Below, piece by piece: positions 16,503 to 29,282 of a DNA stretch of 64,000 bases; positions within the stretch are counted from its first letter, which is position 1; each line of letters begins with the position of its first letter. Origin of the DNA: the human T2T-CHM13v2.0 reference genome, Homo sapiens; the NCBI RefSeq assembly GCF_009914755.1, contig NC_060926.1; one strand, written 5' to 3'. Both the position numbers and the translations under genes were made by a program. A model generated the notes under the pieces. The model made no database searches, had not been told where the DNA came from, and saw nothing but the letters and a program-made list of their open reading frames with translations.

Positions 16503-17055
16503 GGGTCTTTCATGCAATTTCTGCTGAGAAGCAAAGGGGTTGCTCTATACAATCCCTAAATAAGAAATTATGAAAAGCAATGAGGCCTCACAAAAGAGCA
16601 GAGAATTTCCTACTAGAGAGTCATGTTGTAAATTCCCACTCAAAAAATCCAAGAAAATGTCCATCTTCTGGAAGGAAGATGATTTTCTCTTCACCACAAA
16701 ATTGACCAGAAAAGGGCCAGCAGTGTCCAGTTCAATAGAAAAAATCAGGGATTAAATCCCCACTTAAAAGGCCAAAAAGGCTTCCTTCCAATAATATTCT
16801 TGCTAGAACAGAAAAAAGCTAGGCAAAGTCCTACTCAAGCAGCAAGGAACCAGGAAGAGCCCAATTTAATAGAATTAAAGCAACTCACTATCATGCTACT
16901 ACAGAAAAATGTGCAGAGCACTGGATTAAGACTTATAAGTCACCACCATGGATCACATTTTCTCCAGCCAGAAATAACACAAAGAGTTTAAGAAGCCAGC
17001 ATGAATGACTGGGAAAGACAATAAGGTCTCAGGGCACATCAGGAATCAGGACCCT

Positions 17056-17073
17056 ATTTAAGTCATGGCACCA
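17056..17073 (-). other. Primer-binding site, tRNA-His-like
   Basis: Minus strand reads TGGTGCCATGACTTAAAT, 5 nt from the LTR end. It matches the His PBS TGGTGCCGTGACTCGGAT at 14 of 18 positions, with mismatches mostly at CpGs. Confidence 0.7.
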
Positions 17074-17078
17074 GAAAC

Positions 17079-17474
17079 TGTCAAATAAATGCAAATCCGG
17101 ACTTAGAGAGTGAGAGCTTTACTCAGAAAAAAGACTATTGCAATAGGCAAAATATTCCAATCTCAGAAATCTAAAAGCATCTTAAAATCAAACAGTAAAA
17201 GACTTTTTCATTTATAGGTTAGAGAGAGGCAAGCAAACATAAGCAGAGTCTATTTTAAGGGAGAAATTTGACACAAGGCAAAATCACCAGTGGGGTCTGA
17301 CAAGGTCTTTCTGTAGTCAGCTGCCTTTCAGGAGAAGTATTCCATTATTTTTGGTGCTTTCTCAGGCTTGGGGGTAAGCAGAGTTTGGGAGCCTATAGGA
17401 AGGAGTGAAGACTGACTAAAGTTTGGTCAAGACAAAGCAGAGGGAAAGAAATGGCAATTGTGAACACTTGGTCA
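17079..17474 (-). repeat. 5' LTR of the ancient provirus
   Basis: TG..CA termini, homology to 8863-9251, and a CTTGACCAAACTTTAGTCAG motif on the minus strand. Confidence 0.82.
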
Positions 17475-17519
17475 CCTGTAAACATATTCCTCATGTTTAT
17501 GTGTGAGGGTTCTATATGA

Positions 17520-17680
17520 CAAGGATCAGAAAACATTTTTTGGTAAAGGAAGAATAATAAATAATTTACCCTTTGTGGCCGTTTGGTCTCTGTCACAACT
17601 ACTCAACTCTTCTATTGTAGCTTGGAAGCAGTCATAGATAAGCCTAAAGGAATAGATGGGATTCTGTTCTAGTGTAACTT
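17520..17680 (-). mobile_element. MER58A (hAT-Charlie) left part, split by the PABL_A-like provirus
   Basis: 'ggtctctgtcacaactactcaactct..gcagtcataga' is MER58A-like. It resumes at 22426. Confidence 0.8.
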
Positions 17681-20600
17681 TGTTCCTGGGCCAAACTAAG
17701 GGTTAGGCTGCTATTTCTCATGGCCCAATAATGAGATGCAGATGAACTGGGGAAGAAGAGAGTTTTTATTTCTGTAACCAGTTACAGGGAGAAGGCCTGG
17801 AAATTTTCACCAGACCAACTCAAAATTACAAAGTTTCCCAGAGCTTATATACCTTGTAAGCAATATGTCTATGTGTAAGTGTACATTCATCTAAAGACAT
17901 AAATGATTAACTTCTTATAATCTATAACTAAGGTCTCAGTTTGGAACACCTTCCTCTGGAGCCTCAGTAAATTTACTTAATCTAAATTGGTCCAGGTTCT
18001 GGCGTGATTACCCTTATCATGTCTCCTGATAAAGTCACCGAGGTTTGGGGAGTTCCTTCAAACCCCCAATAAACTTGTTTCTGGAGGCATGGGGAGTTTC
18101 TTTAGACCCCAATAAAATTTGTTTAATCTTAAATGGGTCCTGTTAAGAATTCCTTCCTTATTTTGTCATGCTTTAAGGCCCAGGGAAGGCCTAGACAAAA
18201 CTCTGGATGGGCTTTTGTTACATTCCAGCCTTTGTATAAGGGCACTGACTTTTTTAGCTTTGAATATTCAACTTAACCACTCAGTCAGTACTGAAACAAT
18301 TGTTATGGAGGCCTATGTTAGTAAGAACTGCCTTCCACCATCCCCATTGTCAATTTGCACATGATATCTATCATGCTTGTATATTTATTTATCACTGGAA
18401 TCATAGGGAGATGGAGCATTGTAATCTTTCTGGCTACTTCCTGCTGAAAGGGTTCATCGTTACAGGGCACCGAATGCAGTGCTGGAGTGGAAGAGGTCAA
18501 TTTGCTCCCAGTAGCACTCTCTGTTTCAGGGGCTTAGAGGCAGCATCTGCTGAAACATAATAGTATGCAACAGCAACAGATATAAATACGTTGCTGCTGT
18601 TTTCTTCTGAAGTTTAAGTTGTTTAGTCTTCAGTTTGCAGGGCTTTAAGAAACTACAGCTTAGGTTTCAGTAATTTCCAATTAGGATGAATGGGGGAAAA
18701 TGGAAAAGAAAGAGGAAAAAATTGAAAACATTATTTTGGAATCTTGTAGCCAGAAAAATCAGAATTTAATCCAATCTGTAGAAAATAATAAAAACTGAAA
18801 AACATCAGGCAAGACTAGAATTTAACAACTGGTATACTATAGTTTTTGAAACATAATTTTTCTGTCTCCAGTATCTCATTTTTATTAAAAGACAAATCAT
18901 GGAATGACTGGTTTGCTTTATTATAATTGGCTTAATTATTTGTATACAGTGCAGCAAGAATAATTATTTTTCACATAGGCCTTTTAAACTGGCTTTGATG
19001 GAATGTTGTTCCATAGAAGGAATCTGAGATAAAACATTTTAAGGCCAAGCCCAGACATGGATTTGTACCATCAAATACCTATGAGTTGGCTGAATTCCTC
19101 TCCTCTTGAGGTTCCAAGATAATCTGGGGTTCCTGGCCTGTCAGAAAGTGACATTCTTTAGTTACCACAGATCAGAAACCCTGTACATGGACTGTGTACA
19201 CAAAATATGATGCCAGTTTCCAAGGGCTTTATTGCCTCCATAAGTCAGGTTTGATTCCTAAAAGGAAAGCACACCATTCCATTCAAAGCCTTGGTAAAAG
19301 AATCAGTTTTTCCTACTGTGTTCTGTTACAAAAGAAAACAGAATCTTATTGCAGTTATGCAAATAATTATATTGACTCACAAGTCATTTCAAAATTCTGG
19401 AGAAATCAGGTAGAGAGAAACAAATATGCTCAAAATTGTGTTTATAGGAGTATACTTTATGTAATTGTTAAAAAGCTGTTACTACCTCAAAAGAAAGGTT
19501 CCTTCGCTCTGAAAAGCAAAACAAAGGATTAGCAACATTTTAAGCAGAAAGTCAAAAAGATCACTTCAGTCTCCAACTAGCTCAGTTCATGCAGTTAATT
19601 CCTGTCCTGCTTGATATTAGTGAACATTTTAGCTCTTCAAGAGTCCTAAAAGTTTTTCCTCTATTCTGATTTCACAATCTCTACAGTTATCAGAAACCTG
19701 CATTCAAGAGCACCTGTTAGAGCTTTATAGCTGATTATAAAACCACCTTCTAAAGAGGACCAAAATAAGACAACAATTGTTTATGGGTAACAAAATGTTT
19801 TAGGGTAGTCTTAGTTAAAGACACAATTGACAAGGAAATCTGTTACCTCTATAGCACACAATAATTTAGCATAACAATTATAATTATTACTGATAATGTA
19901 CACTAAGATATATCAAAATTACAGGAGCGTCCCATAACTTTGGAACACATACCAATAACATATTTATACAAATTTAGCCTAAAGAAAGCCAAACACATGT
20001 TACACTGTTAACTCTTAGCAACCTTTACTTTTGGTGAAAACCTTGGTAAGTTTGGGATTTTAATTATGTACTGGGTGTGGAGCCTAGGACCTAGACAGAA
20101 GTGCAGATAAGGTCTGACTTATTCAAGCCTCTAACTCCATGTGTCCCAGGCCTTACCTAGCTGTAAAGCAGGCAAGTTTTACAGCTAAGAGTCACAGTAG
20201 CATTTTATAAAGCATTTATGGGGCCTAATCACCTTTAAATTGTGTAACATATCTTGCATAAATTCCTTTGCATAAATTCTTTCATGACTTACACAGACAA
20301 ACTATGACATGCCTTGACTTTCTGACTTGTTCTAAACATCCCTCTTTTTAAACAACCAGTTATTTTACTTTAGGACAAGAATTTAACATACCAGATCCTT
20401 TTTTATAGAGAATCTCTTTTCTTTGATATCTTTTTGCATAGCTAGGGGCATGACTAATTTCATAAGTCCTCAGGCCTTATCTAGAATTTAGCACTCCAAA
20501 ACATATTGAACAATTTTTAAGTCAAAGAAGCAGTTTGTGACCTAAAGCATTTAGCAAACCTAATATTTGACCTGCATAATTTAGACCAAATGTTTACATT

Positions 20601-22425
20601 TTCAATGATATTTTTATTTTACCTATAATCTTTAAAATTCTCTGTATTTTTATAACTTTCTTCGTATCTCTCTTACTTCCTGGTTTCTTTTACCTTGTTT
20701 TATATGTAACCTTTAAATAAACTGAATTAGACAAAAATTAGTTACCATTTAAAAAGGACACAATTTTCAGAAGGAATGTTTTCCTACAATATATTTTTAT
20801 TGGAAAATACCCAAATAATGAAGTATCTGTTGTTTAATATAACTTTAGATTCTAAATTGTGACAAGTTTGTTTACAAGTATTTATCCCATTACATTTATC
20901 TAATTATTTATTTTAATTATTTACCTAGATTGCTTATGAAAACTGTGATCGTCATCATTTAAAATTATGAAAGCCATTGCAAAATTATAGCTGAGACAGT
21001 GAAAATGATCTGACCTGATTCCATCTTGCTTCTAACGTCCAAGCTATACTTTTTCATTAACTTAGTTTATAGTTTAGCTTTGAAACAAAGATGATAACAG
21101 TCTTTTCCCAGACAAACTTCCTTCATGTCTGTGAGGCCACAAGATTAAAAGTTAAGGTATATTGCTAAATAATTCATGATGTAGCCATCTTCATTAAACC
21201 AATATTAATGTTTCACTGATTAAAAATTACAAAAGCAAAGATCACTCTGTTTGGGGCTGAGTTATAGTTTTATAGCCTCTGTGCCAAATTGTGACACCTT
21301 ATAGTATGTGGCAGAGATAAGTATGAAATTTTTGATAAATAAATGCAAACAAAAATGTATGCTGCCAACTCTTAAGACATTTCTAATATTACTTCACTAG
21401 TAATTGTTAAAGCTAGCTTATTTATAAAAGATTTTACTTAAGTCACAGAAAGTTTAAAAAGCGTTTGACTAGTTTTTCGTTTTTTTCTGTTAAAGTATGT
21501 AAGTGCTTTTATTTTTCTTTAAGCCAATTAATTAGAACTCTTTTATACATTTTTAGTAGTAAAACATGGTGTACACAAGACATAAATATTCAGACATATT
21601 AGACATGTCAATAGAAGTACCTTTTATAGATTCCTAAGACCTCCCTTTTCCTAATTTTTAACTGGATCTTTGAGCTCTGGGAAGAGTCCACATTTAATCC
21701 CAGGTTTTCAAAAAGTGAGAATTATTCTGAGGCTAGACCAAGTGATGCTTTTACAGTGCTCTTAAAAATAATTTTTTTTCCAAACAAAGACATTTCTAAG
21801 CGTCTAAGTTGCACTTTTTCTTAAAAAACCTAGAGTAGCTTCTGTGGCAATAGCTATTAATGAAGAAAACAAAATACAGTCAACTGAGAAGAAAAAATCT
21901 TTTGCTCAAAAAGACAAGGTCCTAGGAGAGATACAAACCTGAAGGCCTTTTCAATACAAACATGCACACATGCACACATACATATACACATCTTGGATGT
22001 TAGCTTTAAATTAAGGTGACTGTTAACCATTGAGCTCCTAAAAAATAATAATAGTATTTTCCTTCCCAGAGGCCTCTAATCAGGAATGGACCCAATACCT
22101 CCCATTTCAAGTTTACATGGTATCAAAAGGAACAAGACAGATACACAAACAAGTGCAGACAAATTTTGGACAACACAAATGGGAGTGCACTTGGGCAAAA
22201 CAGACTCAAAACCAATTCAAAACCTGATCTCAACCAAAATGTAAAGCGAGTGTATGAGTGAGCTCGATTGCTTCCCTTGGTAAAACTCTTGATGGGCTTT
22301 TGTTACATTCCAGCCTTTGTATAAGGGCACTACTTTTTAAGCTTTTAATATTTAATTTATCCACTCAGTCAGTACCGAAAACAGTTGTTATGGAGGCCTG
22401 TGTTAGTGAGATCTGGCCTGCCATA
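17681..22425 (-). mobile_element. PABL_A-like ERV1 provirus: complete 3' LTR (17681-~18339), MER4-group non-coding internal region, truncated 5' LTR (~22276-22425)
   Basis: A ~660-bp LTR with its terminal ~150 bp repeated at 22276-22425 (ORFs 18119 and 22258 share KTLDGLLLHSSLCIRAL). 4-bp TSD ACTT at 17677-17680 and 22426-22429. Confidence 0.85.
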
Positions 22426-22488
22426 ACTTTATTTATGAAACAGATGCCTGACCAGAAGTGGCCCATGGACCTTATTTTGCCACCTGTG
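22426..22488 (-). mobile_element. MER58A right part
   Basis: 'actttatttatgaaacaga..ccagaagtggcccatggacc..tttgcc' completes MER58A. Confidence 0.7.
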
Positions 22489-23906
22489 CTCTATAGTATC
22501 TCATCAGTTAGAAATTAAATTTACTGAAATGTGAGAAAAAACACAAATAACAATTGCTCAAACTTCCTTCCTAGTAATATCAGTCTGTTTCTCATTGACC
22601 AATCTGTTTCAAAAAGCCACACTTATCCTAAAGAAAGTTTGGAAAACAGATATCAAACAAGGCACATGATCCCCAAATAAATTGTTACTTGTGATTAAGG
22701 AAGAAATACAACCAATTTCTTATTCGAGTTTTTTTTTTTCTTATTCTAGGACATCTTTGATGTAAAGGATAAAAATGAGAATTTAGAATTTGAGAGTTGA
22801 ACCAGATTTCATAATGACCTGTTTATTTAACTCAAGTTTATACAAGAATAGGGGACAATCTCATCTTAAAGTAGAAACAAGATATTCCTAGAATGTTTTT
22901 ATTTTTCTTTACTCAGTACAGCATTTGACACAAGATCTGAGAATTCTTGACTTAATGATTTACAAAAAACAGAAACAAAAAAACTAGTCTTTCCCAAATT
23001 ACAGTGATAAAATACAAGTAGGCCTAAAATATAAAGGGAGTTTCAAATTCTGAAGATTTCACATGAAATGTCTGAACCAAGAGGGCTAGCGCTAATAAAT
23101 TGCTTTTCAAATCTATTTGCAAAAAGAGAACATTTAGGGGCTCCATGGAATCATAACTCATGGTATGAAAAGGGGAATATATGTCCGTTTTCTTCACTGA
23201 CAGTTAAGCTGTTTGGAATTTCATTGGTTCATTTCCTAAAGGCTTCTCCTTTGCTCATTTACAGATTCCTGCATAGAAACAATTCATTCTTTGGATGCAA
23301 AAGTGTCTCATTCTTAGCTAGTTTAGCCATTTGTATGCTGGTCTGTGTCAGAGTGAGAAAAATCCCCCTTGAGCACTCCTATAGTCTTTTTAAGGCCAAT
23401 CTTATCTTTACAAACATTTCTGAATCTGCTTTATCATCCTACCCTGGAGAACATGGATTTGATATATATATATATTTTAAGTTAAACATTTTGCTTGTTT
23501 TAAAATAGCACACTAAGATAATGCTGCACTATTTAATCCTTTGTTCTTTTTACAGTCTTTTATTCCTTTGAGATCTTTGTCATTTTAATTTTTTGTATCG
23601 CTGCATTTCCTAACTTATTTCCCATATAGCTCTTTATTAAAAATATTTTGCATTTAGATCAAATGTATCTGTAATTTAGGAGATCTGTTTTGAACTAATT
23701 TTTAAAAGGATTCAACACTATGAGCAGTTTTTCTTTTTAACAAAAATATCTATTTCATTTGATGAGCATGTAAATAACTAATTTATTTCACTTCCCGACC
23801 CTAAGTTTGATCCGAGAACACCATCTCATGTCTGATTGTTTCTAATAACCTATTTAAACTACTATTTTAATAAAACAATACATAGTATCCCTTAAGGGGC
23901 CAATAA

Positions 23907-24718
23907 TGTATTGCCTCACGGCTTCTTCTGGGTTCTTCTTGTCCATTGCACACACAAAAACAACTCACCGAGAGCATGGTATTACAGCAGAGACAGAATT
24001 TAATTAACGCAGAGTTAGCCAAGAGGTGGGACTGGAGTTGTTACTTACGTCAGTCTTCCTGAGAACTCAGAGGCTAGGACTTTTATGAATAATTCAGTGG
24101 GCAGGGGCCTGGGGTGCGTATTGGTCTGGGATGAAATTATAATTTCAAAATGGAGGGGTCAAAAATGGTCCCCTGCACTGAGTCTGTTCTCTGGGTAGAG
24201 GACACAGGACCAGTAGAGTCATGAATTGCAGGTCCAGGTGGAGTCAGTGGATTGCCAGAATGCAAAAGTCTGAAAATCATCTCAAAAGACCAATCTTAGG
24301 TTTTACAATAGTGATGATATCTATAGGAGTAAGTAAGGAAGTCACAAATCTTGTGAGCTTTGGCCACATGATTCCTGAGCATCAAGGGAATATAGAAAGG
24401 CAAGCTTAGGGGACAATGGCTGGTTATCAGTTAACTACACTTACATCTTAGAAGAACTCAGGCCCTTCCCATTAGGATTATAGACTTAATAGTCTTACAA
24501 ATGGGGTTTAGGTTCCTGAGCAAGGAGGAGATTTATTTTAGGTAGGGACTCTTATCATCATCTTTTCAAAGTTAAACTATCAACTAAATTCCTCCTGTGG
24601 TTAGTTTGCCTTACGCCCAGGAATGAGTGAGGACAGTCAGCCTGTGAGGCTAGAAGCAAGATGGAGTTGGTCATGGTAGATTTAACTCACTGTCATTGTC
24701 TTGGCAAAGGCAGGTTCA
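23907..24718 (-). mobile_element. LTR8-family (LTR8A/B-like) solo LTR
   Basis: Reverse complement starts TGAACCTGCCTTTGC..AACTCCATCTTGCTTCTAGCCTC. TSD ATAA at 23903-23906 and 24719-24722. Confidence 0.85.
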
Positions 24719-24887
24719 ATAAAAAGGGTAAGTTTTCATTGGGATGCTGTTGAGGCTGAAAAACTTCTTTTAGCCATCATCTAAAATGAAGATAAATAAC
24801 TAAATGTAGACACTGAGCTGCAGCATTTAATATGTGTTCACACTCTTGATCTGTCTTGGTTGCCTAGTTTTATTCAGCTCCTATATA

Positions 24888-25408
24888 TGTTATTCAGGCT
24901 CAGAAACCAATACACGAAAATATAGTGTTTTGACATGATGAACTAAAGAAAAGCCTCAAGGTTTCTCTGACCTTCTCTCTGCCCTACTCTTTCTCCCAAA
25001 AAAGCTGAAGTTCTTTCATCTGCCCATGATACAGAACCACCAAGAAGAAAAATTTTTCTTTCTCCCACTCCCTGTTATCTCACTATCTATTGCAGAAAAC
25101 AAGACGAAGAATGCAATCACATCTGAACAGACCCTTTCACATATGTACAAGTCAACCTTTGTTCCTGGATCTGTTTACTCTTTCTAGTAATCCCCTCAAC
25201 AGAGGTTCTTTTCTCTAATTTTCCATAAACTGTTTCATCAGGATGGCATATAAACTCTTGAATCTCACTGGGTGTTTGGGTGTTCATTCTGAAGGTATGT
25301 GTTAAATAAATTTGTTTCCCTTTTCTCCTATTAATCTGCCTTATTTCATTGATTTTTTCAACGAAACTTCAGAGGGCAAAAGGGAAGTTTCCCCTTGGCT
25401 CCCCTACA
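24888..25408 (+). mobile_element. MER39-family solo LTR
   Basis: 'ggctcagaaaccaatac..tttgacatgatgaactaaagaaaagcctcaaggtttctctgacc', AATAAA, and an end at 'ccccttggctcccctaca'. Confidence 0.8.
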
Positions 25409-26460
25409 AATTTATGTATAAAAAAATTATTCTTGGTGACATTTCTAGAACTTCATATTTCCATTAGCATTATATTTCATCAACGATTGCAAAAACAGAA
25501 AAATTCAAATTTTAAACTAACAACAACAGAAAATACTCGTATATTTTTATTTACTAACATGCTCTGTTTTCTGCATAATGTCATCAAAAAATAAAATACT
25601 AATTAATTTAAACACTTGTATAACATGATCCAAAAGTTTTTCAAAGCATATCTTCCCACATCTAATCTATATTTCAATTTTCTTGTACATAAGGAATAAT
25701 ATATCTGAAGAGAAATAAAAATAAAATGAGAAAACATGTGGTAACCAAGTAGTTGATTTTTCAAATACTGGTAGTGCTCTTTTTTTTAGTAATTTTATAA
25801 AATTATTCTAAATGGAAGTATTACAGATATATGCATGCTTATTGAATGATATGTATCACCTTATTCATCTTGGTATTGGTAGAATGCGGTCCTGAATGCT
25901 ATTATTTTGAATCTTCAAAGCTCACCTGAATACCTGGAGATTTAAAATAAGTTTCCAGGAAATTTGGGACCAATGTGGTATTTTATTTTTAAATGACAAA
26001 GAGGCTCATAATTGCTTATAGGGTTTCTTTTGTGTCTTTCTCTACATTCTATGCATTTTCTATTCTTTACTAAGATATTTTAAAAAATTATTTGGCTAAC
26101 ACTTTTTCATCATAATACCTAGCTATGTTTATTCAATCTTTGCATGTCTTCAATCTGCAATGCATTCTTCTTTAGTTTCTGCCTTTCTCTCCTATACCCA
26201 AATATTTTCTTGATCTTAAAATACTTTCCAATCCACCCCCAAGCCCCTATCATCACTATCAGAAAACTATTTTATTCTAGCTAGGTTTTTGCATACGTTG
26301 CTAGTCAAAGAATGGAAATCTCCCAGCCCTTCTTAATTTAGTCTCCCAAAATTCTTAACAAAACAGTAATTGAGTGATACATCTACATTGCCAAAAAAAA
26401 GGTAAAATCTATTTGGGAGAGATGATACGAATTAAACAGTTTGTGGAGAAGTATATAGTA

Positions 26461-26776
26461 CAATTGTTAAAGGGACTGTTTCCAGGACCACTCACAGATA
26501 CCAAAATCAACCCACACTAAAGTCCTAAAGTAAAACGGGATAGTATTTGGTTATATCCTACACACATCCTCTCAAATACTTTAATTATCTCTGAATTACT
26601 TACAATACCTAATATAATACAATGTAATACTATGTAATAGCAGTTATACTTTACTGGTGTTTTTATTTGTATAATTTTATATAATTATATTGTTTTTGTG
26701 TTTTTTTCCAAATATTTTTGATCTGTGATTGGTTGAATTTGTGTATGTGAACCACGCAGATATGGAGGGCCAACTG
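26461..26776. mobile_element. MER2 (non-autonomous Tigger-family DNA transposon)
   Basis: 'ttccaggacc..gataccaaaatc..cacacatcctc..gatatggagggccaactg', with TA on both flanks. Confidence 0.85.
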
Positions 26777-26811
26777 TATATTGTAAATTGCATACTTTGG
26801 AATATAGTCTA

Positions 26812-27510
26812 TGTGAAGATAAATACAAATCAAAGGAGAAAAAACCTCTGGTACAAAAGGGGAAAGACACTCCTCTCATCTCTTTTCTGATAAATTTTAC
26901 ATTAAAAAACATGTCATTGTAAGTTATTTCTCTGCCTCTTTGAAATGTACTTAAATATTATGAAAAGCAAAATAAGCTTCTTGCCAGCTTTTAGAGCAAG
27001 TCATATCTTTCTCAAGAACCTGGGAACAATCTCTTTGAAATATAATCTTCAAAAATTGAAGCATCCCGACCTCCCAGTTTTTGTAAGAAGGTAGAAGCCT
27101 AATTTAAATAAGCACCTTCCTCCAAATTGCAAAATGAATTCCTGTCATCACAGTATAAGAAGTTTCTTTTTCCTTTGGATAAAAACAATTTACTAATACA
27201 AATAGTCACCCCAGTTCCAGGTAAATTTAGAATAAAGCATATGTGACAAATGGTACTTTTGAGTTATTTTACTTGAGGACTAGTTATTATTTATCTTGAA
27301 AACATGTATGTAATAGGTTGTATCTGCTCAGTTATCAAAGGGTGAGATTTCTTTTTTGCAACCTCTAGCAGGTTGCTTGTAGTTTGCATCACATTCTGGT
27401 TTAATATTTCTTTAATAACAATACTATTTTCTTTCTCACATACCATTGTGTACAAGTTTTCTGTTTCCTGGAGTAACAGAAGTTTTGTTTCAAATGATAT
27501 TCTTCTAACA
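26812..27510 (+). mobile_element. ERV1 solo LTR (LTR51/LTR54-like)
   Basis: TG..CA termini, 'ctcaagaacctggga..tctctttgaaat' motifs, and a near-TSD TCTA/ACTA. Confidence 0.6.
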
Positions 27511-28329
27511 ACTATCAGGAGCTATTTAGTAAGGTACAAACCATAGTGCAAATACAGTTTGAGAAAGGAGATCACTTATCCCTCTCTTTATCTAATATAT
27601 AGATTATTAGTGAAAAATATAACATGTATTGGACATTAATATGTTCTTAAATATTGGTATTTAAGATATTAGCATATATTAATGTTAATGTGTTAATATA
27701 TTATGCATATAAGATGTAATATAGGTAGGCATACCTTCTTTAATTGTGCCTTGTTTTATTGCATTTGACCAATACTGCATTTCTACAAATTGTGGCAACC
27801 CTGCATACAGCGTCTATCAGAACCATTTTTCCAAAAGCATGTACTCACTTTATGTCTGTGTCACATTTTGATAATCCTCTCAATATTTCAAACTTTTTCA
27901 TATTATTATACATGTTATGGTCATCTGTGGTCAGTGCTATTTGATGTTAATATTGTAATAGTTTTTGGGGCTCCACAAACCACATCCATACAAGATGCCA
28001 AATTTAATCAATGAATATTGTGTTTACTGACTGCTCCACCCACTGGGTACTCATCCAAGTCTCTTCATCTTCCCAGGCCTCTCTATTCCCTAAGCCATAA
28101 AAATATTGAAATTAGTCCAATTAGTAACTTTACAATGGCCTCTAAGTGTTCAAGTGAAAGAAAAAATACCATGTCCCTCCCTTTAAATCAAAAGCTAGAA
28201 ATTATTCAGCTTAATGAAAAGGGCATGCTGCAAACAGAGATTGGCTGAAAGCTAGATTCTTGCATCAAACCATCAGATATGTTGTCAATGGAAAAGAAAA
28301 CTACTTGAAAGAAATTAAATGGTAACTTT

Positions 28330-28435
28330 GGCTGGTCCAAGTGTGCTGGTGTCTATAACTAATTGATCACGACTAGTTACAAATGTCTTTGTTCTTTTTG
28401 CACTGTCACTGTTTCAATTAACTAGCTTAAAAAAA
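28330..28435 (+). pseudogene. Y RNA (hY3-derived) retropseudogene
   Basis: GGCTGGTCCAAGTG..GGTGT..AACTAATTGATCACGACTAGTTACA..TCTTTGTTC..CACTGTTTCAATTAACTAGC matches hY3 end to end and is followed by an A-tail. Confidence 0.88.
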
Positions 28436-28926
28436 GAAAAGTGCTATACCAGTGAACACGCAAATGATAAGATGGTAAAACAGCCTTATTGCTGATCTGG
28501 AGAAAGTTTTAGTGGTCTGGATAGAAAATCAAACCAGACATTACAGTTCCTTAAGCCAAAGCATAATCCAGAGCAACGATCTAACCCTCTTCAATTCAGT
28601 GAAGGCTGACAGAGGTGAGGAAGTTGCAAAAGAAAAGTTGGAAGCTAGCAGAGGTTAGGTCATAAGATTTAAGAAAAGAATCCACCTCCATAATATAAAA
28701 TTACAAGGTGAGGCAACAATTGTAGATGTACAAGATGCAAAAAGTTATCCAGAAGACCTAGCTAATATTACTGATGAAGATGGCCACAGTAAACAACAGA
28801 TTTTCAACATAGATGAAGCAGCCTTCCGTTGGAAGAAAATGCCATCTAGGAATTTTATAGCTAGAGGTAATAAGTCACTGCCTGACTTCAAAGTTTTAAG
28901 GACAAGCTGTCTCTCTTATTAGGGGC

Positions 28927-29282
28927 TGTATTAGTCTGTTCTCATGCTGCTAATAAAGATATATCTGTGATGGGGTAATTTATGAAGGAAAGAGTTTTAA
29001 TTGATACACAGTTTCATATGGCTGGGGAAGCCTCACAATTATGGCAGAAGGTGAATGAGGAGCAAAGTCATGTCTTACATGGCAGCCTGCAAGAGAGCTT
29101 GTGCAGGGGATCGCCCATTTATAAAACCATCAGATCTCTTGAGACTTATTCACTAACATATGAACAGTGTTGGGGAAACTGCCCCCATGATTCAGTTATC
29201 TCCACCTGGCCCTGCCCTTGACACGTGAGGATTATTACAATTCAAGGTGAGATTTGGATGTGGACAGAGCCAAACCATATCA
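28927..29282 (-). mobile_element. THE1B/C MaLR solo LTR
   Basis: tgtattagtc..caaaccatatca termini, with a degenerate TSD GGGGC/AGAGC. Confidence 0.9.

Noticed and set aside
18119-22518. Two ORFs sharing KTLDGLLLHSSLCIRAL as paralogous small proteins
   Set aside because: They are antisense translations of the two copies of the same LTR.
23068-23508. 146-aa ORF in non-repeat DNA
   Set aside because: No recognisable domain; the Leu/Phe/Ser-rich composition is typical of chance AT-rich ORFs, and there is no promoter or exon context.
25857-25945. Possible minus-strand exon bounded by ctccag and gtgata
   Set aside because: Stops occur in all three frames and the donor site is weak.
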